A stretch of 64,000 nucleotides of DNA from a candidate division FCPU426 bacterium (GTDB taxonomy: Bacteria > Oederibacteriota > Muellerivitia > Muellerivitales > Muellerivitaceae). Where the stretch lies: the NCBI GenBank assembly GCA_963719085.1, contig CAVRAL010000001.1:992001-1056000 (forward strand), read 5' to 3'. Positions 48,141 to 57,911 of this stretch are shown piece by piece (the first letter of the stretch is position 1; each line of letters opens with the position of its first letter). Both the position numbers and the translations under genes were made by a program. Under the pieces are notes generated by a model, which searched no databases, was not told the origin of the DNA, and saw only the letters and a list, made by a program, of their open reading frames with translations.

Positions 48141-48944
48141 TTAATACTTCTCGATGAAAACCCGCTCCACTTTTTGAATGCTTTTCCCCAAAAAGCGCTG
48201 GGCATGCTCCTTGAATTTGCGGGAGACATCGCTGACGTAATAAGAACCGCCTCCATGGCCCAAAAGCTCAATGCCGTGGGTTTCTAAATTGCGGTGCAGG
48301 CTCCTGGCCGTTTCCTCGGCCGAATCAACGATGCGCACCTTGGGCCCCGCGACCTTGGCCAGCGTTTTTCGAAGCAGGGGATAATGGGTGCATCCCAAAA
48401 GAAGCGTGTCCACCCCGGAGCGCAAAAGCGGCTTCAAATATTCCCGGACAACCGCCTCCGCCACCGGACCGGTCACCTTCCCCTCTTCCACCAGCGGCAC
48501 GAAAAGCGGGCAGGCTTGGGTAAAAACCTTCGCCTTGGGATACAAAGCGTGGATGGCTTCTGGATAGGCTTTGGAATAAATCGTCCCTTCGGTGCCGATG
48601 ACGCCGATCTTCCCGTTGCGGGTGACCTCCACCGCGGCGTAAGCCCCCGGCTCAATGACTCCCAAAATGGGAATGTCGAATTCCCTCCGCAAACTTTTTA
48701 GTGCCCAGGCCGAGGAGGTGTTGCAGGCCACCACGATGGCCTTCACTTTTTCTTTTTTGATCAGGAACCGGACGATTTGCCGGGAGTAATGAATGATGGT
48801 CTCGGGAGCCTTGGTGCCGTAGGGGATACGAGCCGTGTCGCCAAAATAAGCCAGTTTTTCCTTGGGCAGTTCTTTGTGAATGGCTTTCACGACCGTTAAG
48901 CCGCCCAAGCCTGAGTCAAAAACACCGATGGGTCTGGACTTCAA
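48141..48944 (-). CDS. murI: Glutamate racemase
   Basis: PIGVFDSGLGGLTV, PYG, VACNT and LGCTHYP motifs; GAGGAG RBS before TTG 48944. Confidence 0.96.
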   Translation of the reverse strand: MKSRPIGVFDSGLGGLTVVKAIHKELPKEKLAYFGDTARIPYGTKAPETIIHYSRQIVRFLIKKEKVKAIVVACNTSSAWALKSLRREFDIPILGVIEPGAYAAVEVTRNGKIGVIGTEGTIYSKAYPEAIHALYPKAKVFTQACPLFVPLVEEGKVTGPVAEAVVREYLKPLLRSGVDTLLLGCTHYPLLRKTLAKVAGPKVRIVDSAEETARSLHRNLETHGIELLGHGGGSYYVSDVSRKFKEHAQRFLGKSIQKVERVFIEKY

Positions 48945-48985
48945 GATCGGCTCCTCGATTGACGAAATAAAAACCACTTCCCCGC

Positions 48986-50020
48986 TTAAAGACACCCAAA
49001 CCAAGTTGGGGTTCCGCCCAAATTTTCCGCCAGCGGGATCCAACGGCTGTCCAAACGGGCCGCCAAATTGTACAAAAGACCGCTGGTCTTCGGGTCCCAC
49101 TTTCCTGAAAAACCCTTCACCCCCGCCTCACGTCTTTTCGCGTCAAAAGCGACAGTGGAATGAACAAACTCAATATGGGATTCTTTTCCCTCAGCGAAAG
49201 GCTCGAGCCACTCCAAGGCTTTTTCCAGCGACGCGCCCTTCGAGTTGGTGAGATGAAGCCAATCCTGTCCATGGGCCTTGGCCGCCAAAGCCGACAGCGC
49301 CAGGGGTTCCAAATCGTAAACCGTGTAATGGATCGCGTCCCTTTCGCTGTAGTCAATGGTCGATCCGTCGGCGTTAAGGTTCACCTCAAGTTGTTTTTGA
49401 AAAGCGGCCTTCGCCCGGGAAATAAGTTCCGCGTCGCCCAGCGCGAAAGCCGCTAAAACCGCCAGCTTCACCCGGTGGCTTTGCCAGTTATTGGTCCGCG
49501 TCCCTTCCATCGTGATATTTCGGCCTTCTAAATAACCCGTGGCCATGTCCCGCAAAAACGCTTTCATCCTTACTTGGGTCGGGGCCTCGAGTTTGGCGCC
49601 CACCAAGTCATACCCAAGAACAAAGGAATCAAAACGGGTTTCGTCAATCGGATTGAAGCTAGGATGATAAACCGTGAGCCAAGCGTCGTAATAGTTTTGA
49701 CAAGCCGTCAAATAGCCGGCCTTTTCGCTCAATTGATAAGCCGCGGCTAAATCCAGGATCGCCTCCATATCCTTGAGCGATTCAAGGCTTTGATCGTAAA
49801 TGCCCTGGTGCGGAAGCGTGCCTTCCACGTGGATTAAAGCGATGGCTTTTGGCGCGCGATGGGAGGCCGCGTCGGCGGACGAAAGGATTTTTTCAGCGAT
49901 TGGGCCCGTGACCGGCGTGGAAAAGACCGGCGGGTTCAAGACGGCGAAATCCCGCGCGTTGACCGGGAGCGTCAGCCCCCCAAACAAAAAAGCGATTCCT
50001 AAGAAAACCTTCCGGCTCAA
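48986..50020 (-). CDS. Exported alginate-lyase-family (alpha/alpha toroid) polysaccharide lyase
   Basis: Signal peptide; TNNWQSH, DGSTIDY..RDAIHY..YDL motifs resemble the alginate lyase family. Confidence 0.7.
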   Translation of the reverse strand: MSRKVFLGIAFLFGGLTLPVNARDFAVLNPPVFSTPVTGPIAEKILSSADAASHRAPKAIALIHVEGTLPHQGIYDQSLESLKDMEAILDLAAAYQLSEKAGYLTACQNYYDAWLTVYHPSFNPIDETRFDSFVLGYDLVGAKLEAPTQVRMKAFLRDMATGYLEGRNITMEGTRTNNWQSHRVKLAVLAAFALGDAELISRAKAAFQKQLEVNLNADGSTIDYSERDAIHYTVYDLEPLALSALAAKAHGQDWLHLTNSKGASLEKALEWLEPFAEGKESHIEFVHSTVAFDAKRREAGVKGFSGKWDPKTSGLLYNLAARLDSRWIPLAENLGGTPTWFGCL

Positions 50021-51600
50021 GATTTGCGTCTTTCACGGTCTTTCAAAAGCTTGTATTCAATCGAGTCGACCAAGGCCTCCCAGGAAGCCTCGATGATATT
50101 TTCGGAAACACCCACGGTTCCCCAACTGTCTTTCTTATCCTGACTCTCGATTAAAACCCGAACCTTGGCCGCGGTTCCTTCTTTGGCGTCCAAGACCCGA
50201 ACCTTAAAATCGGTCAAACGGACGTCTTTGAGGCTGGGATAAAATTTCGTCAGCGCTTTTCGCAAAGCCTGGTCCAGGGCGTTGATGGGACCATCTCCCT
50301 CGCCCACGGTATTTTCTAAAACCCCGTTCACCTTCACCTTAATGGTGGCTTCGGAAACCATGTCCCCTTCGTTGCGGTTTTCAACGATAACCCGGAAACC
50401 CACCAAATCGAAAAAACTCCGGTGTTGGCCCATGGCCTTTTTCAAGAGCAAGTCGAAGGACGCTTCCGCTCCCTCAAATTGATAGCCTTCGCTCTCCATC
50501 TTTTTAACGGTCTCAATGACTTCCCGGGCTTCGGACTTGTCTTTATTGAGGCGGATGTTTTTGCTGCCCGCCTTATGCATCACGACGGCCAAACCGGCCT
50601 GGTCGGACATCAGGATATTTCGGGCGTTACCCACCCGCGCCGGATCGATATGTTCATAGGTCTTGGCGAATTTATTGACCGCCGCGATGTGGACCCCCGC
50701 CTTGTGGGCGAAGGCGCTTTTACCGACATAGGGGGCGTTATCCCGGGGGTGTAGATTACAAATTTCATCCACCCGGCGCGAAACTTCGGTTAAGCGGTCA
50801 AGATGAATGGGTTTGATAAAAGACGCTTGGTACTTCAGGACCAAATTCGGAATCATGGAGGTCAAATTGGTGTTGCCCGTGCGTTCGCCGTAACCGTTCA
50901 CGCAGCCTTGAATCTGGGTCACGCCCGCCGCCACCGCCGCGTGGCTGTTGGCCACGGCCAAGTCGCCATCATTATGGCAATGAATGCCCAAAACCGCTTC
51001 AGGAAATCGCTGGCGGACCCGGGTGACCACGGCGTCCACGTCTTCCGGCAAGGACCCGCCGTTGGTATCGCAAAGCACCAAACAGTCGGCGCCTCCGGCC
51101 AGCGCCGCCTCCAAACATTGCAAAGCGTATTCGGGATTGGCTTTATAGCCGTCGAAAAAATGCTCGGCGTCGTAAAACATCTCGTCCACGCGGGATTTTA
51201 AAAATTTCACCGAATCCTGGATCAGCTCAAGATTGGCGCCCAGTGAGATTTTAAGCGCGTGCTCCACGTGAAAGTCCCAGCTTTTGCCGAAAATGGTGAC
51301 GGTGGAAACACCCGCCTTGACGAGATTGACCAAGACCGGATCTTGGGCCGCTTTGCGGTTCGCCCTGCGGGTCATTCCAAAAACCGACAATTTGGCGTTT
51401 TTGAGTTTTAATTTTTTGGCTTCCTTGAAAAAAGCGTCGTCCTTCGGGTTCGCGCCGGGCCAGCCGCCCTCAATGTAATGAAGGCCCAAGCTGTCCAAAG
51501 CTTCCGCCAGGCGCAGCTTATCCTTCACGGATAAATTGATCCCTTGGGTTTGGGGCCCTTCCCTGAGGAGGGCATCGTAAAGAACCAGCTTTTCGCTCAA
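50017..51600 (-). CDS. cimA: Citramalate synthase (LeuA family)
   Basis: LREG.Q, IEGGWPGANPKD, FGKSWDFHV, DAEHFFDG, HCHND, NGYGER and GVSENIIEASW motifs. Confidence 0.92.
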   Translation of the reverse strand: MSEKLVLYDALLREGPQTQGINLSVKDKLRLAEALDSLGLHYIEGGWPGANPKDDAFFKEAKKLKLKNAKLSVFGMTRRANRKAAQDPVLVNLVKAGVSTVTIFGKSWDFHVEHALKISLGANLELIQDSVKFLKSRVDEMFYDAEHFFDGYKANPEYALQCLEAALAGGADCLVLCDTNGGSLPEDVDAVVTRVRQRFPEAVLGIHCHNDGDLAVANSHAAVAAGVTQIQGCVNGYGERTGNTNLTSMIPNLVLKYQASFIKPIHLDRLTEVSRRVDEICNLHPRDNAPYVGKSAFAHKAGVHIAAVNKFAKTYEHIDPARVGNARNILMSDQAGLAVVMHKAGSKNIRLNKDKSEAREVIETVKKMESEGYQFEGAEASFDLLLKKAMGQHRSFFDLVGFRVIVENRNEGDMVSEATIKVKVNGVLENTVGEGDGPINALDQALRKALTKFYPSLKDVRLTDFKVRVLDAKEGTAAKVRVLIESQDKKDSWGTVGVSENIIEASWEALVDSIEYKLLKDRERRKS

Positions 51601-52826
51601 GATTTTCTCCCAGCTTTATCCAACCGGAATTTCTTGTGGATGGCGTTAACGGCCTTGGCCACGTCTTTTTGGTCGATGATCACCGATATTTTGATCTCCG
51701 ACGTGGAGATCATCTCGATGTTCACGCCTTCTTCGGCCAGCGCTTTAAACATACCCGCGGCCACGCCCGAATGGGACCGCATCCCCACCCCGACCACCGA
51801 CACCTTGGCGATATCCTCGTCGGCGATGACGCCGGCGGGCTTCAAAGTCTTAGCCGCTTCCGTGACGACCTTCATGGCTTTTTTGAATTCCGATTTGTCC
51901 ACGGTGAAGGAAACGTCCGAATGGCCCTTCTCCCCGATGTTTTGGATGATCATGTCCACGTTCACGCCAGCGGTTCCCAATTTGGAGAAAAGGATGGAAG
52001 CGACCCCCGGCCGGTCCGGCACGCCCCGCACCGTGATCTTGGCCTCGTTTTTATTGTAGGTCACCCCGCTGATGACCACTTTTTCCATGGCTTTGGTCTC
52101 ATGCATCACGATGGTCCCTTCCTTTTCATTAAATGTCGGCCGGACATGGATTTTGATGTCAAAGTTTTTGGCGAATTCCACGGACCGGGCGTTCAAAACT
52201 TGGGCTCCCGCGCTGGCCATCTCGAGCATCTCATCGTAACTGATGGCCGAAAGCTTCCGGGCGTTTTTCACGATTCCCGGATTGGCGGTAAAAACACCGT
52301 CCACATCCTTATAAAACTCACAAACATCGGCTTTCAGCGCCGCCGCGATGGCCACGGCCGTCAAGTCGCTTCCGCCCCGGCCCAAGGTGGTGATTTCATG
52401 CTCCTTATTTTCGCCTTGGAAACCGGCCACGATGACGACCTTGCCTTCGTTCAAAGCCTTGCGCAGGGTCGAGTCGCCGACTTTAACGATGCGGGCCTTT
52501 CCGTGAGCGCTGTCGGTCACGATCCCCACCTGGGGGCCGGTGAAGGATATCGCGTCGCAACCCAGGCTTTTCAAGGCAATGGCCAAAAGCGCGATCGATT
52601 GCTGCTCCCCGGTGGCGAGCAAAACGTCCATTTCCCGCTCGTCAGGTTCGTCGGTGATTTTCCAGGCCAAGTCGATGAGATTATCCGTCGTGTCCCCGGG
52701 CGCCGAAACGACGACCACGATTTGGTTTCCCTGCTTTCGGTTTTTGGCGATCCGTTTGGCCACTTCCAACATCTTGGCGGCGTCCGCCACCGAGGATCCG
52801 CCGAATTTTTGAACGAGTAGGGCCAA
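51597..52826 (-). CDS. lysC: Aspartate kinase with two ACT domains
   Basis: VQKFGGSSV, TTLGRGGSD, DVDGV and ISTSEIKIS motifs. Confidence 0.96.
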   Translation of the reverse strand: MALLVQKFGGSSVADAAKMLEVAKRIAKNRKQGNQIVVVVSAPGDTTDNLIDLAWKITDEPDEREMDVLLATGEQQSIALLAIALKSLGCDAISFTGPQVGIVTDSAHGKARIVKVGDSTLRKALNEGKVVIVAGFQGENKEHEITTLGRGGSDLTAVAIAAALKADVCEFYKDVDGVFTANPGIVKNARKLSAISYDEMLEMASAGAQVLNARSVEFAKNFDIKIHVRPTFNEKEGTIVMHETKAMEKVVISGVTYNKNEAKITVRGVPDRPGVASILFSKLGTAGVNVDMIIQNIGEKGHSDVSFTVDKSEFKKAMKVVTEAAKTLKPAGVIADEDIAKVSVVGVGMRSHSGVAAGMFKALAEEGVNIEMISTSEIKISVIIDQKDVAKAVNAIHKKFRLDKAGRKS

Positions 52827-52828
52827 GG

Positions 52829-53890
52829 TTAAATCCCCATAATTTTTAAGATGTCTTGAACTTCCGGCTTCACCACGTGATGCTTCGCCTTTTGTTTCAC
52901 CGCCGTGTCCGGATCTTTCAAACCATGCCCGGTCAGCGTGCAAACGATCCGCTTTTGACCGTCCAGGAAAAATTTTTCTTTGTTCTTTTTAATCACGCCC
53001 GCCAAGGAAGCCGCGGAGGCAGGCTCACAAAAGATGCCTTCCATGGACGCCAGCATGTTATAGGCTTCCAAAATCTCATCGTCGGTGACCGCCTCGATCA
53101 ATCCCCGGGACTCGTCCCGGGCGGCTTCCGCCGGCTTCCAGGAATAGGGATTCCCAATCTTGATGGCGGTGGCGATGGTCTTGGGATCCGAAATGATCTT
53201 TTTTTCCACGATCGGCGCCGAGCCCGCGGCTTGGAACCCGCACATTTTAGGAAGCTGCTTGGCGATTCCCTTGCGTTGGTATTCCTTATAACCCTTCCAA
53301 TAAGCCGTGATATTACCGGCGTTGCCCACAGGAATGGCGTGATATTCGGGCGCGTCGCCCAAGGTATCCACGATCTCAAAGGCGGCGGTTTTTTGGCCCT
53401 CAATGCGGTAAGGGTTGGCCGAGTTGACCAGGGTCACCGGATATTGGGTCGTGATCTCACGGACCAAGTCGAGGGCTTTATCGAAGTTGCCCTCAATCGC
53501 GATGACTTCAGCCCCGTGGATGAGGGTCTGGGCGATCTTACCCAGCGCGATGGCTCCGTGCGGTAAAATTACGCAGCATTTCAATCCCGCCGCGGCCGCG
53601 TAAGCCGCCGCGGAGGCTGAGGTGTTGCCGGTGGAGGCGCACATGACGATTTTACTTTTTTCCTCAACCGCCTTGGAAATGGCCATGGTCATGCCCCGGT
53701 CCTTGAAGGAACCGGTCGGATTAAGACCCTCAAACTTCATGTAAATTTTAAGACCGTTGCCGAGTTTTTCAGAAATGTGGCGAGCGAACAAAAGCGGCGT
53801 GTCGCCTTCCTTTAAGGTGATGACGGGGGTGGCATCGGTGACCGGCAGATAGGGGCGGTATTCCTCAATGAGGCCCTTCCAATAGGCCAT
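52829..53890 (-). CDS. thrC: Threonine synthase
   Basis: EGLNPTGSFKDRGM, CASTGNTSAS, PVGNAGN and TGHGLKD motifs; in hom-thrC-lysC cluster. Confidence 0.95.
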   Translation of the reverse strand: MAYWKGLIEEYRPYLPVTDATPVITLKEGDTPLLFARHISEKLGNGLKIYMKFEGLNPTGSFKDRGMTMAISKAVEEKSKIVMCASTGNTSASAAAYAAAAGLKCCVILPHGAIALGKIAQTLIHGAEVIAIEGNFDKALDLVREITTQYPVTLVNSANPYRIEGQKTAAFEIVDTLGDAPEYHAIPVGNAGNITAYWKGYKEYQRKGIAKQLPKMCGFQAAGSAPIVEKKIISDPKTIATAIKIGNPYSWKPAEAARDESRGLIEAVTDDEILEAYNMLASMEGIFCEPASAASLAGVIKKNKEKFFLDGQKRIVCTLTGHGLKDPDTAVKQKAKHHVVKPEVQDILKIMGI

Positions 53891-53891
53891 C

Positions 53892-55211
53892 TTATTCTCC
53901 CCGGTCCATGCGGATGAGAAGCGTTTCTTCCCGCACGAAAGGCAGGCCATTGATCTTTTTCAAGGCTTCCTGCACGTTTTTCTCAACAGCCTCATAGGTC
54001 ACGATCACCACCGGCACCTTGTCGCCCTTTTTCTGTTCTTTTTGGATGACCGAGGCGATGGAAATTTGATGCTCCCCCAGAATTCGGGCAATGGCCGAAA
54101 GCACGCCCGCCTGGTCCACCACGCTGAACTTTAAATAATAGCGGGACTTGATGTCGCCCATCTTGCGGATGCGCTTTACTTGGGGGTTATCGCTCAAAAA
54201 CCAGTTGTTGGACGTCTCGCCCGCCACATTGTCATGTACGGCGCGGCTGACATAAATGAGATCGCTCATGACCGCGGAGGCCGTGGGGTTTTTCCCGGCG
54301 CCCAGGCCGTAATACATGGTGGTTCCCACGAAATCGCCGGTCACCAGGACGCCGTTATATTCCCCATCCACCTTGGCCAGCAAATGGTCTTCCGGAATCA
54401 AAGTAGGATGCACCCGAACTTCCAGCTCATCGCCCTCAACTTCAGCGATGGCGAAAAGTTTTACCACGCGGCCAAACTCTTCCTTGGCGAACTCAATATC
54501 CTGGACCGTAATGCGCTCAATGCCCTCAACATAAATGTCCTCGACCTTGACCCGTTTGGAAAAGGCCAGCGACGCCAGGATGGCCAGCTTGTGGGCCGCG
54601 TCCATGCCGTTGATGTCGAGCGTTGGATCGGCTTCGGCCAAACCCTTTTTCTGGGCCATTTGCAAAGCTTCTTTGAAAGTTTTCTTTTCCTCGGTCATCT
54701 TCTGAAGGATGAAATTGGTGGTGCCGTTCACGATGCCGTAAATGGAAGTGATGTTATTGGGAGCCAATCCGTCGTTGATGGCTTGAATGACCGGTATCCC
54801 GCCGCAGACGGCGGCCTCGAAATAAATGTCCACTTTATTCTGGCGGGCGGTTTGGATGAGCTCATCCCAATGCACCGACAAGACCGCCTTGTTGGCCGTG
54901 ACGATATGTTTGCCCTGGCGCATGGCGTCCAGGAGATAGGTGCGGGCCGGCTCGTAGCCGCCCATCAGTTCCAAAACGATATCGATCTCGGGATCGCCGA
55001 CAATATCCTCGAAACTGGTGGTCATCATGCCTTCGGGCACGACCACTTCCCGAACCTTGGCGATGTCCTGCACCAGGATTTTTTTGATCTTGATCTGGGC
55101 GCCGATCTTGTCTTCGATCAGGGTGCGGTTTTTTTCCAATAGACGGTAAAGCCCCTGGCCCACATTGCCGAAGCCCACCATGCCAATTTGAATGACCGAT
55201 TTTTCAGCCAT
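53892..55211 (-). CDS. hom: Homoserine dehydrogenase with ACT domain
   Basis: GFGNVG, VTANK, FEAAVCGGIP, NGTTNFIL, AEADPTLD and GAGKNPTASAV motifs. Confidence 0.96.
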   Translation of the reverse strand: MAEKSVIQIGMVGFGNVGQGLYRLLEKNRTLIEDKIGAQIKIKKILVQDIAKVREVVVPEGMMTTSFEDIVGDPEIDIVLELMGGYEPARTYLLDAMRQGKHIVTANKAVLSVHWDELIQTARQNKVDIYFEAAVCGGIPVIQAINDGLAPNNITSIYGIVNGTTNFILQKMTEEKKTFKEALQMAQKKGLAEADPTLDINGMDAAHKLAILASLAFSKRVKVEDIYVEGIERITVQDIEFAKEEFGRVVKLFAIAEVEGDELEVRVHPTLIPEDHLLAKVDGEYNGVLVTGDFVGTTMYYGLGAGKNPTASAVMSDLIYVSRAVHDNVAGETSNNWFLSDNPQVKRIRKMGDIKSRYYLKFSVVDQAGVLSAIARILGEHQISIASVIQKEQKKGDKVPVVIVTYEAVEKNVQEALKKINGLPFVREETLLIRMDRGE

Positions 55212-55236
55212 GCCAACGGTCTCCTGGAATTACCGG

Positions 55237-55270
55237 AATAGAAAACGCCCGGGACCAACGGCCCGGGCGT
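55237..55270 (-). terminator. Putative intrinsic terminator between aminotransferase and hom
   Basis: ACGCCCGGGCC-GTT-GGTCCCGGGCGT-TTTCTATT. Confidence 0.6.
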
Positions 55271-55334
55271 CTAAAAGCGAGTGGAAATACTAACGAAAAA
55301 AGCCTTTGTTTTCAACCAAAAGACCCGTGGCGGC

Positions 55335-56501
55335 CTAAGCCACCGCGTCTTTAAAGCGCTTCAGGCCTTCTTCAATGACCTTTTCGCTGGTGGCGTAAGA
55401 AAGCCGCAAATAACCCTCGGCCCCAAAGGCGATTCCGGGAGCCAAGGCCAATTTGGCCTTCTCGAGTAGGTAGTCCGAAAGCTCCAGGGAGTTGGCGCGG
55501 CCTGGTTTGAAAAGCCCCTTCACGTTGGGAAACACGTAAAAGGCCCCCGCCGGCTTCAGGCACTTCACGCCCGGAATGGCGTTAAGGCCGTCCACGATCA
55601 TGTCCCGGCGTTTTTGGAAAATCGCCACCATCTTTTGAATTTCGGAGTCCGGCAAGGTCAAGGCCGCGACGGCCGCCTTTTGGGAAATCGAGGAGGGGTT
55701 GGAAGTCGAGTGGCTTTGGAAATCCCCCACCGCCTTCATCACGTTCGCGGGTCCGGCCATATAACCGATGCGCCAGCCAGTCATGGCGTAGGCTTTCGAC
55801 ATCCCGTTGATCAGGATCGTTTGAGCCGCCACTTCTTTGGACAAGGTCGGAAAACAAACATGCGTTTCCCCATAAACGAGCTTGGCGTAAATTTCGTCCG
55901 AAATGACCCAGAGCTTATGTTGAAGCGCCAACTCCGCGATGCCTTCCATCGTTTTGCGGTCAACTACCGCGCCCGTGGGGTTGCTGGGCGAATTGAGCAG
56001 AATGACTTTGGTCTTCGGGGTGATCTTGGCTTTCAAAGCCGCCGCCGTCAATTTGAAGCCATCGGCTTCCGGACATTCCACGTAAACCGGAACGCCCCCG
56101 GCCATCTTGACTTGCTCCGGATAGGTCACCCAATAGGGTGAAGGAATCAAAACCTCGTCACCCGGATTGACCAAGGCCAGCATGGCATTATAAAGCGAAT
56201 GTTTGGCGCCATTGGAGATGACAATGTCGTTCGGGGAATATTGGATTTTATATTCGCGGTTCAGGTAATCCCCCACGGCTTTACGGAGTTCAACGGTTCC
56301 CGCCGCGGGCGTGTATTTATGGTGGCCTTCGTCGATAGCCTTCTTGGCGGCGTCACAGGCGATTTGCGGCGTGTTGAAATCGGGTTCCCCTGCGCCGAAA
56401 TTGAGGATGTCTTGGCCTTCTTCTTTGAGCTTTTTGGCCTTCGCGTCGATGGCCAAAGTCATCGAGGGGGCGATTTGCTTCATGCGTTCAGCGATATCCA
56501 T
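55335..56501 (-). CDS. Class I/II PLP aminotransferase (aspartate aminotransferase AspB-like)
   Basis: GAGEPDF, NGAKHSL, NSPSNPTG, SDEIY and SKAYAMTGWRIG motifs. Confidence 0.92.
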   Translation of the reverse strand: MDIAERMKQIAPSMTLAIDAKAKKLKEEGQDILNFGAGEPDFNTPQIACDAAKKAIDEGHHKYTPAAGTVELRKAVGDYLNREYKIQYSPNDIVISNGAKHSLYNAMLALVNPGDEVLIPSPYWVTYPEQVKMAGGVPVYVECPEADGFKLTAAALKAKITPKTKVILLNSPSNPTGAVVDRKTMEGIAELALQHKLWVISDEIYAKLVYGETHVCFPTLSKEVAAQTILINGMSKAYAMTGWRIGYMAGPANVMKAVGDFQSHSTSNPSSISQKAAVAALTLPDSEIQKMVAIFQKRRDMIVDGLNAIPGVKCLKPAGAFYVFPNVKGLFKPGRANSLELSDYLLEKAKLALAPGIAFGAEGYLRLSYATSEKVIEEGLKRFKDAVA

Positions 56502-56541
56502 TTCTCAATCTCCTGAATTTTAAAACTTCTTCGAAAACCCA

Positions 56542-56640
56542 TTTCACCACCAAGACACCAAGGCACCAAAAACGAATTATTCCGATTTAATCAAAACTTT
56601 TTCTCTTGCCACCTTGGCGTCTTGGTGCCTTGGTGGTAAA
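56542..56640. repeat. Intergenic inverted repeat with CACCAAG periodic arms
   Basis: TTTCACCACCAAGACACCAAGGCACCAA ... TTGGCGTCTTGGTGCCTTGGTGGTAAA. Confidence 0.8.
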
Positions 56641-56652
56641 AGCCTTTTTTCA

Positions 56653-57834
56653 TTAAGAAAACAGCTTCTTCATATTCCGCAAGGCCTGACGGCTGCGGTC
56701 TTTGTTTTCCACCAGGGCCATGCGGATATAGCCTTCGCCCAAGTCCCCAAAACCCGTGCCCGGAGCGACAGCCACACCCGCTTCTTTTAAGAGCATCATG
56801 GAAAAGTCCAGCGAGTTCATTTTCGAAAACTTCGGCGGGATTTTCGCCCACAAATACATGGCGGCGCGGGGCTTATCCACCGGCCAGCCCATTTGATTCA
56901 TGCCCTCCACCATAATGTTGCGGCGCTCTTGGTAAACCGCCGCCAACTTGCGCAGGTTTTCTTCCGGGCTATCCAATGCCGTAATCGCCGCCACCTGGAT
57001 CGGGGTGAAGATTCCGTAATCCATGTAGCTCTTGATTTTGGCCAAGGCCCCGATAATTTTTGGATTCCCGGCCGCGAAGCCAATGCGCCAGCCCGCCATG
57101 TTATAGGACTTGGACATGGTGAAAACCTCAACGCCCACGTCTTTGGCGCCCTTCACCGAAAGAAAGCTCGGCGACTTGTAGCCGTCATAAACAATGTCGG
57201 CATAAGCCAGATCATGGACAACCGTCACCTGGGTTTTCTTGGCCCACTTCACGATGTCCTTGAAATATTCTTGGTCCACGCTGACGGTCGTCGGGTTATG
57301 GGGGAAATTGATGATCAGCACCTTCGGCTTGGGGCTGGATTTTTTATAAGCCTTTTCCAGGTTTTTAAAAAAGACTTCCGGACCCTCGATGATGGGCACG
57401 GAAACGATTTTTCCGCCGGCGATGATGATGCTGTAATGGTGGATCGGGTAAGTGGGATTCGGCACCAAAATTTTGTCGCCCCGGTTGAAAAGCGCCAACC
57501 CTAAATGGGCCAACCCTTCTTTGGAACCGATGACCGAGACCGCTTCGGTCTTAGGATCAATGGAAACGTTATATTTGCGCTCGTACCAGCGGGAAACCGC
57601 CTTGAGGAAGGCCGGAATCCCTTTGGACGTGGAATAGCGGTGGGCTTTCTTGTCCCGCACGACCTCAATCAATTTGTCCACGATGGGCTGGGGAGTTTGG
57701 TTGTCCGGATTCCCCATGCCGAAGTCGATCACATCCACGCCCTTGTGGCGCGCCGCCAGTTTTTCGGCGTTCAACCGCGCGAAAATATAAGGCGGGAATT
57801 TTTTGATGAGTTCGGACTCAAATTGAAAAGCCAT
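56653..57834 (-). CDS. Class I/II aminotransferase (AlaC/LL-DAP aminotransferase-like)
   Basis: PPYIF, DFGMGNPD, GSKEGLAHL, NFPHNPT, SKSYNMAGWRIG and KSYMDYG motifs. Confidence 0.88.
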   Translation of the reverse strand: MAFQFESELIKKFPPYIFARLNAEKLAARHKGVDVIDFGMGNPDNQTPQPIVDKLIEVVRDKKAHRYSTSKGIPAFLKAVSRWYERKYNVSIDPKTEAVSVIGSKEGLAHLGLALFNRGDKILVPNPTYPIHHYSIIIAGGKIVSVPIIEGPEVFFKNLEKAYKKSSPKPKVLIINFPHNPTTVSVDQEYFKDIVKWAKKTQVTVVHDLAYADIVYDGYKSPSFLSVKGAKDVGVEVFTMSKSYNMAGWRIGFAAGNPKIIGALAKIKSYMDYGIFTPIQVAAITALDSPEENLRKLAAVYQERRNIMVEGMNQMGWPVDKPRAAMYLWAKIPPKFSKMNSLDFSMMLLKEAGVAVAPGTGFGDLGEGYIRMALVENKDRSRQALRNMKKLFS

Positions 57835-57911
57835 GGTGTCTCACTTGTCGCTAATAAAGTACAAGCGCGAAGGTTCGCCCTTCGCGCTTGCGGGTGTGGC
57901 TGTTGATTGGT

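Noticed and set aside
51636..55142. Long plus-strand ORFs opposite lysC, thrC and hom (similarly opposite the ASSTs and mrdA)
   Set aside because: Fully overlap well-supported minus-strand genes and have no protein-family signatures
57862..57890. Perfect 12-bp hairpin CAAGCGCGAAGG-TTCGC-CCTTCGCGCTTG
   Set aside because: Single copy in the window and no U tract; cannot distinguish a REP-like element from an mRNA-stabilising hairpin
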